Assembly (NCBI GenBank): GCA_003023195.1
Contig: PXRX01000043.1
Location: forward strand, 16,643-80,642
DNA from: Halobacteriales archaeon QS_8_69_26
Lineage (GTDB): Archaea > Halobacteriota > Halobacteria > Halobacteriales > SW-7-71-33
Reading direction: 5' to 3'
DNA length: 64,000 nt
Shown: positions 18,069-26,164 of the stretch, piece after piece
Numbering within the stretch: position 1 is the stretch's first letter
How the letters are laid out: each line of letters starts with the position of its first letter
Made by a program: the position numbers and the translations under genes
Notes under the pieces: generated by a model
Told to the model about the DNA's origin: nothing
The model's input: the letters and a program-made list of their open reading frames with translations, nothing else
Database searches by the model: none

Positions 18069-19241
18069 TCAGACGTCGTCGGGGTCCGTCGGGACGGAGA
18101 TCTCCCCGGCGACGATCCGTTGCCTGGACTCGTCCAGGGCGTCGAGGGCGTCCTGGGGGATCGCCGAGCCGAGTTGGGAGCCCATGACGGCCTCGACCCC
18201 GCCACGCTCCAGGCCGAGGGCGACGTTGTTCCCGCCCTGGAAGTTGTCCTCGACAACGTTTTCGATAGACGTGAAGACGGCGTTGTCCACGCGCTTGACC
18301 ATCGAGGCGACGATCACGTCCCCGAACTCCGTGCTGACCGACTGGTCCGAGTCGACGCCGATGGCGTAGCGCTCCTCCTCGCGGGCCGCCTGGAAGACGC
18401 CCGCACCGGTTCCGCCGGCGGCGTGGTAGATGACGTCCACGCCCTCGTCGTACATCGAGAGTGCGGTTTCCTTCCCGACGTCCGGGGCCGAGAAGTCGCC
18501 GGCGTAGGACGACGAGACGTCGACGTTCTCGTTGGCGTACTGGACGCCGGCCCTGTACCCCGCCTCGAACCGCTCGATCAGCGGTGCCTCGACGCCGCCG
18601 ACGAACCCGACCTTCGTCTCGTTCGGGTCGGTCTCGCCGCCGCCTGCCGACAGTTCCTCGGTCGTCAACAGTCCGGCGAGGTGCCCGACCTGGAACGACC
18701 CCTCGTGTTCCTTGAACGTGTAGCTGGCGACGTTGTCGAACTGCTCGTCGCCCTCGTCGTCGCCGTCGGTGTCCCGCATCGGGACGAAGTCGACGGTCAT
18801 GAACTGCTGGTCCGGGTAGTTGTCGGCGTTCTCCGTCAGCGCCTCGTTCTGCAGGAACCCGATACAGCAGACCAGGTCGTAGTCGGGGTTGCTCTCCGTC
18901 GCGAAGTTCCGCTGGAGCGTGCTGAACTCCGAGACGGTCTCTGGCTGGCTGTTCTGGTACGATATCCCCAGTTGGCACTCGGTCCGCTGGACGCCACGGT
19001 GAGCCGAGTCGTTGAAGGACTGGTCCCCCAGGCCACCCGTCGCGTACACCATCCCGACGTCGACGTCTATCGAGTCGGCGCACCTCTGGGTCGTCTGGGT
19101 CGTGCCCTCGGTCGTGGTGGCTCCACCGTCGCCGTCGTCGCCACCGTCACCGCCGGTCTGGGTACACCCCGCCAGTATCCCTCCGATCCCGACTGTTCCG
19201 ACGCCCTTCAACACCGTCCGCCTGTCCGGTTCCCTCGACAT
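18069..19241 (-). CDS. BMP-family ABC substrate-binding lipoprotein (nucleoside-binding type)
   Basis: Start set at MSREPDRRTVLKGVGTVGIGGILAGC (Tat-like RR plus lipobox). The body (GMVYATGGLGDQSFNDSA...GFVGGVEAPLI) is typical of Med/PnrA basic membrane proteins. Confidence 0.8.
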   Translation of the reverse strand: MSREPDRRTVLKGVGTVGIGGILAGCTQTGGDGGDDGDGGATTTEGTTQTTQRCADSIDVDVGMVYATGGLGDQSFNDSAHRGVQRTECQLGISYQNSQPETVSEFSTLQRNFATESNPDYDLVCCIGFLQNEALTENADNYPDQQFMTVDFVPMRDTDGDDEGDEQFDNVASYTFKEHEGSFQVGHLAGLLTTEELSAGGGETDPNETKVGFVGGVEAPLIERFEAGYRAGVQYANENVDVSSSYAGDFSAPDVGKETALSMYDEGVDVIYHAAGGTGAGVFQAAREEERYAIGVDSDQSVSTEFGDVIVASMVKRVDNAVFTSIENVVEDNFQGGNNVALGLERGGVEAVMGSQLGSAIPQDALDALDESRQRIVAGEISVPTDPDDV

Positions 19242-19483
19242 CGTTCGACCGAACGCAGGACGCGGTTGTAAAACCGTCGTTTCACACGTGATCACATACC
19301 AAGGGCTACCGGGTCTCCCCGAAACCTCCCGAACCGTCGGGGTGGGAGACGCTGTGACCTGGCGCGAGCACGCCTCGCTGTACCGGAACTGGGGGCTCCC
19401 CCGTCAACCCGGAACGTCGGTCCGATCCCCGTCACTGACTGGTTTTCGTGCCTGATCCCGCTCACTCCGGACCGTCGTCGTGC

Positions 19484-20899
19484 TCACTCGCCGGCGGCCG
19501 CCACGGCCGCCTCGACGGTGGCGCTCGCCTCTTCGACGAGTTCGTCCACGTCGTCGCTCTCGGCGTAGACCCGGACGTACGGTTCGGTGCCGCTTGGCCT
19601 GACCAGCACCCACGACCCGTCCGGCAGGTCCACCCGGACGCCGTACTCGGTGTCGACGTCGCCCTCGGGGAACAGGTCGGGGAGCGCGGTCTCCAGGCGG
19701 TCCATCACCTCGCCCTTCAGCGCGTCCGGACACTCGACGCTGACCTTCCGGTAGGGACGCTCCGTCACGGGGTCCCGGAGCGGGCCGATCCCCCCGGCGT
19801 CGGCGACCAGGCACGACACCACGGCGGCGCTGGTCACGCCGTCGATCCACCCGCCGAATGCGGTGTGAACGTGCTTCCAGGGCTCGCCGGCGAAGACGAC
19901 CGTTCCCCCGCCGTCCTCGGCGGCCGCGACCCCCTCGTGGAGCGCACCCAGTCGGACCCGTTCGACCCGCCCGCCCGCGGCTTCGACCCGTTCGTCGATC
20001 CGGCCGGAGGCGTTGGGCGTGGTCACGACCACCGGATCCGCGACGTCGGCCACGTCGACGTAGTGCTCTGCGAGGACGGCCAGGACGGTGTCCTCGTGGA
20101 CCACCTCGCCGTCCCCGTCGATGACGACGGTCCGGTCGGCGTCGCCGTCGTGGCCGATGCCCAGGTCGAACTCGCCCTCCTCGACGTACCGCCGGGCGTC
20201 GGCGAGGCTCTCCGGGGTCGGCTTGGACTCGCGGGCCGGGAAGTGGCCGTCGACGCTGGCGTTCAGGGCGTCCACCTCCGCCCCCAGCGAGGTCAGTACC
20301 TGCGGGGTGGCCAGCGACCCCATCCCGTTGCCGCAGTCGACGACGACCGCCAGGCCGTCCAGGGGGTTCTCCCCTTCGCCCTCCTCGCCGGACTCCGTGA
20401 CGGATCCGGCCCCGAACGCGACCGCCCCGGTCGCCGCCCGGCGGGCGTAGTCGGCCACGGCGTCGCGGTACTCGCCGATCACGTCGACCGTGCCGGGCTT
20501 GCCCCACTCGTCGAAGGTCGTCGGGGGGTCGCCACCCCCGACCCGGTTCTCGATCCGTCGCTCGCCCTCGCGGTCGTACTCGACGCCGTCCTCGAAGACC
20601 TTGATCCCGTTGTCCTGCGGCGGGTTGTGGCTCGCGGTGACCATCACGCCGTGACGACCCCGCGACGCGAACGCGAGCGCCGGGGTCGGTAGCTGTCCCG
20701 CCCGGTAGACGTCCGCGCCCGCGCTCTCGATGCCCACCTCGACGGCGGCCACCAGTGCTGGTCCCGTCTCGCGACCGTCGCGCGCGAGGACGAACGCGTC
20801 CCCGTCGCGCCCGGCCGCCCGCCCCACCTGCAGGGCGAGTTCCGGCGTCACCGTCTCCCGGACCGGACCACGGATCCCGGCCGTACCGAACAGCGTCAT
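19484..20899 (-). CDS. glmM: phosphohexomutase family enzyme (phosphoglucosamine / phosphomanno- / possibly phosphopento-mutase)
   Basis: 471 aa with the phosphoserine loop TASHNPPQDNG, the Mg loop GHDGDADR, and GEPWKH in domain 3. Confidence 0.85.
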   Translation of the reverse strand: MTLFGTAGIRGPVRETVTPELALQVGRAAGRDGDAFVLARDGRETGPALVAAVEVGIESAGADVYRAGQLPTPALAFASRGRHGVMVTASHNPPQDNGIKVFEDGVEYDREGERRIENRVGGGDPPTTFDEWGKPGTVDVIGEYRDAVADYARRAATGAVAFGAGSVTESGEEGEGENPLDGLAVVVDCGNGMGSLATPQVLTSLGAEVDALNASVDGHFPARESKPTPESLADARRYVEEGEFDLGIGHDGDADRTVVIDGDGEVVHEDTVLAVLAEHYVDVADVADPVVVTTPNASGRIDERVEAAGGRVERVRLGALHEGVAAAEDGGGTVVFAGEPWKHVHTAFGGWIDGVTSAAVVSCLVADAGGIGPLRDPVTERPYRKVSVECPDALKGEVMDRLETALPDLFPEGDVDTEYGVRVDLPDGSWVLVRPSGTEPYVRVYAESDDVDELVEEASATVEAAVAAAGE

Positions 20900-21089
20900 T
20901 GGCCGACCCTCCGACCGGGGAGTACTTAGCTTCCCGCTTCACGGATCGCCGTTCCGGTCCGGATCCACGGATCGTGGGCCATCGCCGTTCCGGTCGGGGT
21001 CCCCGAATGGCGGGCCTCGCGGGATCGCTCGTCGCTCGGGACCCGTGGCGAACGCGAGAATATCCCGTCTGGAACCGCCCTGGGGTGGT

Positions 21090-21326
21090 CTACACCGCGC
21101 CGTCGGCGGGAACGCCCGGCTTGGGCGCCTCCGCCCCTTCGATGGCCTCGTCGAGGGCGGCCTCCGTCGCCGACTCCACCTCGTCGGTCCCGTCGTCCGT
21201 GCCGTCGACCGCCTCGTAGGACGGGCCCTCCTCCTGGTGTTCGGTGACCGTCCCGTCGCCGCTGACGGTCATGAAGATCTCCCGCAGTTCGTCCGCCTTC
21301 TCCCGATCTTCGGTCTCTTCGTCCAT
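21090..21326 (-). CDS. small acidic protein, function unknown
   Basis: 78-aa ORF, D/E/T-rich with high GC3. It stands alone between two intergenic stretches. Confidence 0.5.
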   Translation of the reverse strand: MDEETEDREKADELREIFMTVSGDGTVTEHQEEGPSYEAVDGTDDGTDEVESATEAALDEAIEGAEAPKPGVPADGAV

Positions 21327-21461
21327 GTCCGATCCAGGGGTCGAACCTCCCTATACCCGGTGCCTAACTGGGTAGGTGGTTCGAGGGGTCCGCGAGCGGT
21401 CCCGAGAACCGGGCGAGAGTGGGGACCCTGGCCGATCACTCGGACTCCGGGAGTGAGTCGC

Positions 21462-24400
21462 TCACTCCGGCTCCGCGAGCGCGTCCGCGAGCACCTCGAC
21501 CGGGTGGGGCGGTGTTCCGTCGTCGTACTCCTCCAGCTGGGTCCGGCACGAGGCGCCGGGGGCGACGACCCGGTCGGCGGGGGACCGGTCTAGCTGGTCG
21601 AACAGCAGGTCGGCGATGGCCATGCTCATCGAGTAGTGCTCCGCCTCGTACCCGAAGCTCCCGGCCATGCCACAGCACCCGGAGTCCAGGGGGTCGACCG
21701 CGAAGCCGGCACGGCGGAGGACGCCGACGGCGTGGTGGTCCTTCTTCGTCGCCTTCTGCTGGCAGTGGCCGTGGTAGGCGAGGGATCCGCCGGCGGAGTC
21801 GACGGTCAGCGACCCGTCCAGCCCGAACACGTCGAGGTACTCCACGACGCCGTAGGTGTTGTTCGCGACGGCCTCGACGTCGGGGACCGCTTCTCGGGGG
21901 TCGTCGCGCCCGTTCGATCCCGCCGGTTCCGTCTCCCTCCGGGAGTATCCGCCGTCGGCGGCGGCAGAACCCTCCGGTTCGTCCTCCTCGCCGGGCCGCG
22001 GGACGTCGGTATCGCCGCCGACCGGGAACAGGTCGGGGTAGTCCACCTGGTACATCACCGCCTCCGATGGCTCGACGGTCACGACGTCCCAGCCCTCCCG
22101 GATCCGGGGGGCCAGGGCCGCGACGTTCTCCCGGGCCGTCTCCCGGGCGTCGTCGAGCAGTCCCATCGAGTAGGCGGGGCGGCCGCTGTCGGAGACGCCG
22201 TTCGGCCTTGACGTCGTGGCGCCCCCCGACGAGTACGAGACTCTCGAGGCGCTGGTCGACGACGCCGCCTTCGAGGGAAGGTGTTGCGCCGGAAGGCGGG
22301 GAACGATCGCTCGTGGGCGACGCCGACGGTCTTCTCCATCGCCCACCCTGCGCCCGGAAGATCCATCGCCCAGTTCGAGGCCGGTGCGAGCGCGCTCCCC
22401 AGCGAGAGGACCCGCTCGACGTCGGCGAACAGGCGCTCCCGGAGGGACACCCCCTCCCGCCGGTGGTACTCGTGGACCACCTCGGCCTTCAGCTTCGCCA
22501 TGTCGACGCCGCTGGGGCAGTCGCGCTTGCAGCCCTTGCAGCCCACACAGAGGTCCAGCACCTCGTTGACGAATTCGTCGGTGAACGGGTCGTCGGGCAG
22601 GTCGCCGTCCATCGCCGCACGGAGCATGTTCGCCCGGCCCCGGGTGGTGGTCACCTCCTCCTCGGCGGCCCGGTAGGTCGGGCACATCACGCCGCCGGTT
22701 GTGTCCTGGTGACCGGCACAGCCGGCACAGCCGTGACAGAGTTCGACCATCCCCTGGAAGCCGTTCTCGTTCTCCCAGGCCAGGACCGGGTCGAAGCCGG
22801 CGTCGAACTCGTAGTCCGGGTCGAACCGGAGGTGTTCGGTCGGCTCCGTCGGGTCGCGCTCCGGGTAGACCACCTGGCCGGGGTTGAGGATCCAGTCCGG
22901 GTCGAAGGCGGTTTTCAGGTCCCGGAACGTCTCCCAGAGGTCGTCCCCGTAGAGCTTCCTGTTGAACTTCGTCCGTGCCCGTCCGTCGCCGTGTTCGCCC
23001 GACACCGACCCCCCGTACTCCAGGACGAGGTCGGTCACGCCCTCGGCGATGGAGGCCATCGCCTCGACGCCCGCCTCCGTCTTGAGGTTCAGCAGGGGTC
23101 GGACGTGCAACACGCCGGGACCGGCGTGGGCGTAGTAGGCGGCGAAGGTGTCGTGGGCCGACAGCAGGTCCCGGAGGTCGGCGACGTACTCCGGGAGGCG
23201 GTCGGCCGGGACCGCGGCGTCCTCGATGAACGAGACGTGCTTCTCGTCGCCGGTCCGGGAGAGCAGGATGGGGAGGCCCGCCTTCCGCATCTTCCAAAAC
23301 CGCGCCTGCCGGTCGGGGTCGTACGCCTCCAGGGCGTCGACGGCGTGGACCGGGTCGTCGGTCGTCTCCCCGGCCCCGTCAGCGGGGTCGCGCGCGGGGT
23401 CCGCACCCGGGAGCCGGTCGGCCAGGAGGTCCGCGACCTTCCGACGCCCCTCTTCCGGCGAATCGGCGTAGAACTCGACGAGGAGGGTCGACTCCGTCCC
23501 TTCAGGGAGGTCCCGGACCAGGTCGCCGAACTCGGCGGTCTCCCGGGCCAGGTCGAGGAACACGTCGTCCATCACCTCCACCGCCGACGGGTCGTGTTCG
23601 AGGATCGGTGAAACGTCTCGCATCGCGGCCATCACGCCGTCGTAGGTGAGCATGACGACGCTCTTGGCCTCGGGTATCGGCTCCAGGGAGACGGTCGCCT
23701 CGGTGACGATCGCAAGGGTCCCCTCGCTCCCGGCCAGGAGGCGTGCCAGGTTCACCGCGCCGTGGTCCCGGGCGTCGGCCACCAGCCGGTCGAGGCCGTA
23801 CCCCGAGACGTTGCGCTTGAGGTCCGGGTAGCGGGCGTCTATCTCGTCCACCTCCTCGTCCAGTATCCGCGCCACCTCGGCGTACACTCGCTGTTCGAGG
23901 CTCGGGTCGGGCACCTCCGCGACGGCGGCCGCCCGCTTCCGGAGGTCGTCGAGGTCCAGCCACCCGAACGTGGTCACGGTCCCGTCCGCGAGGACGACCT
24001 CGCACTCCTCCAGGTAGCCGTCCGCCTTCTCGTACTTCAGCGAGTGGGAGCCGGTGGAGTTGTTGCCGATGCACCCGCCGAGGACGCTCTTGTCGCCCCA
24101 CGCCGGGTCGGGCGCGAACTTCAGCCCGTGGGGTTCGAGGCGGTCGTTCAGGCGCGCGAGCGTTATTCCCGGTCCGGCGGTCGCCTGCGCGCCGTCCGGG
24201 TCGACGGACACCAGGTCGTCCATGTGGCGCTTGCAGTCGAGCACCACGGCCTCGTTGACCGCCTGTCCGGCGAGACTCGTCCCGCCGCCCCGGGGGAGCA
24301 CCGGGATCCCTTCCCCGGCGCAGTACTCCACGACGGCGGCGACGTCGTCGGTCGAGACGGGTGCCACGACGCCGACCGGCAGGCGTTCGTAGGCGCTGGC

Positions 24401-24628
24401 GTCGGTGGCGTACAGTTGCCGGGTGTAGCTGTCGAACCTGACCTCGCCCTCCACCCTGCGCTCCAGGGCCGCCAGGAGGTCCGGGCGCTCGACCTCCCCG
24501 CCCTCGTAGTCGTAGTCGCTCCGCTCCTCGGCGGCCGGATCCTCCCAGCGTCCGGCGGCGTCGGTGGTCGGCCTCCCTCCCTCGTCCCGCGTTTCGGTCG
24601 CCCGGGAGGCCTCGGGGGTGTCGTCCAT
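21462..24628 (-). pseudogene. FAD-binding (GlcD/Dld-like) + 4Fe-4S + CCG-domain (GlcF-like) fusion oxidoreductase, reading frame broken near 22200-22285
   Basis: From the ATG (cat 24626-24628), frame 1 gives MDDTPEAS...PRGGGTSLAGQAV...CHGCAGCAGH...CVGCKGCKRDCP...MEKTVGVAHERSFPAFRRNTF and then degenerates. The C-terminal CCG part (GVSDSGRPAYSMGLLDDARE...CCGMAGSFGYE...ALAEPE*) continues in another frame (track ORF 21462..23297). The total span is 3167 nt, which is not a multiple of 3. Confidence 0.8.
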
Positions 24629-24728
24629 CCGTGTGATATCCGTCTGGTGGCCCGGACGACTAAAGCTTGGGTCGGCGTGGCCTGGGAACGCGACCGGGGT
24701 GCGGACCGATCCCGAGCATCCGGGCGTC

Positions 24729-24784
24729 GGACGTGGACCGGGGATCCCCGCCCCGGAAGATGGGACGTGGACCGGGGATCCCCG
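24729..24784. promoter_or_regulatory. perfect 22-bp direct repeat in the divergent promoter region, followed by a TATA-like ctatag
   Basis: ggacgtggaccggggatccccg occurs at 24729-24750 and again at 24763-24784. ctatag at 24795-24800 lies about 25 nt upstream of the ATG at 24824. Confidence 0.4.
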
Positions 24785-24823
24785 AGCGCAATCCCTATAG
24801 TTCGCCCATGAGTCGGGGCGCCC

Positions 24824-26014
24824 ATGCAGACTGTCGTGCTCGCGGCCGGTCGGGGGGCCGGCATGCGACCGCTGACCGACCGCCGCCCGAAGCCGATGCT
24901 CCCGGTCGGTGACCGGCCGTTGCTCGCACACGTCCTCGACGCGGCCGTCGGAGCGGGGGCCGAACGGTTCGTGGTCGTCGTCGGCTTCGAGGCCGACGCC
25001 ATCCGGGACCACTTCGGCGACGAGTACCGCGGCGTCGCAATCGACTACGCCGTCCAGCAGCGACGACGGGCCACCGCCGACGCCGTGCTCTCGGCCCGTG
25101 AACACCTCGAACCCGCGCCGTTCGTCGTGCTCAACGGCGACACCCTCTACGACCCGGCCGACCTGGCGGACCTCTACGCGGGGTCGGCGGCAGTCGCCGG
25201 GTTCCGGGTCGAGGACCCGGCGGGGCACGACGTCCTCCGCACGGACGGGGACCTCGTGACCGGCGTCGTCGGGGCACCGGAGGATCCGGCGTCGGACCTT
25301 GTCGACGCGGGAGCCTACGCCTTCCCGGCCGGGGCACTGGAGGGGGTCGCGGCCCAGGAGGCCGAACGGGGCGAACGGGACCTGACCGACGTCCTCTCGC
25401 GGGTCTGCCGCGAGAACGACGTCCGTGCGGTCCGGGTCGGCCGGTGGCGGACCGTCGACCGCCCCTGGGAGCTCCTGTCGGCCAACGAGGCGGTCCTGTC
25501 CGACCTCGACCGGTCGATCCGCGGCCGCAGGAACGTCGACGGCGACGCGGACCTCCGGGGGAACGTCGTGGTGGCAGAGGACGCGGTCGTGGAACGCGGT
25601 GCGGTCGTCGAGGGACCCGTCCTCGTCCGGGCCGGGGCAGAGGTCGGTCCGAACGCCTACGTCCGTGGACCGACGCTCCTCGGACGGGACGTCCGGGTGG
25701 GCCACGCGACCGAGGTCCACGCCAGCGTCCTCATGTCGGGGTCGACGGTCGACCGCCTCTCGTACGTGGGTCACAGCGTCGTCGGGCGGAACGCGGACTT
25801 CGGGACGGGCACCGTCGTCGACGACGAGGGGCGCGACGGCGAGGCCGTCGAGGTGGCGGTGAACAACACCCTCGTCTCCACGGGCCGGGAACGGTTCGGC
25901 ATCGTCTGTGGCGACGACGTCTCCACTGGGGTCCACACGAGCGTCGACGCCGGAGTGAAACTCTCCTCGGGCACCGGGACGGCCTCGGGAGAGGTCGTCA
26001 CCGGCGATCGCTGA
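24824..26014 (+). CDS. sugar-1-phosphate nucleotidyltransferase with C-terminal left-handed beta-helix (archaeal GlmU-like)
   Basis: 396 aa. The N-terminus VLAAGRGAGMRPLTDRRPKPMLPV has the GxGxRxxP NTP-transferase motif. The C-terminal half has hexapeptide-repeat character (VGPNAYVRGPTLLGRDVRVGHATEV...). Confidence 0.8.
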   Translation: MQTVVLAAGRGAGMRPLTDRRPKPMLPVGDRPLLAHVLDAAVGAGAERFVVVVGFEADAIRDHFGDEYRGVAIDYAVQQRRRATADAVLSAREHLEPAPFVVLNGDTLYDPADLADLYAGSAAVAGFRVEDPAGHDVLRTDGDLVTGVVGAPEDPASDLVDAGAYAFPAGALEGVAAQEAERGERDLTDVLSRVCRENDVRAVRVGRWRTVDRPWELLSANEAVLSDLDRSIRGRRNVDGDADLRGNVVVAEDAVVERGAVVEGPVLVRAGAEVGPNAYVRGPTLLGRDVRVGHATEVHASVLMSGSTVDRLSYVGHSVVGRNADFGTGTVVDDEGRDGEAVEVAVNNTLVSTGRERFGIVCGDDVSTGVHTSVDAGVKLSSGTGTASGEVVTGDR

Positions 26015-26065
26015 CTCCTCCAGGGGATATTCCCCGCAAACCGCCGGTGCCCGCCGGTAGGATCC

Positions 26066-26142
26066 GACTTCTGGATCCCACCGGATCGGTACGGTTCGAT
26101 TTCTGGATCCCGCCGGGTTCTTGAAAACTGTTATTAGAACCC
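26066..26142. promoter_or_regulatory. two 19-bp direct repeats plus an AT-rich-loop hairpin immediately upstream of the FHA gene
   Basis: gacttctggatcccaccgg lies at 26066-26084 and gatttctggatcccgccgg at 26098-26116. The stems gggttct (26115-26121) and agaaccc (26136-26142) enclose tgaaaactgttatt, the only AT-rich patch before the start. Confidence 0.4.
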
Positions 26143-26164
26143 GGTGACCATTGTTAGACGATCG

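Noticed and set aside
22200-22290. A simple in-place inversion as the complete explanation for the broken oxidoreductase.
   Set aside because: I checked all three phase combinations. Un-inverting any segment cannot join the upstream frame, the plus-strand frame and the downstream frame, because the total length (3167 nt) is not a multiple of 3. At least one indel must also be involved.
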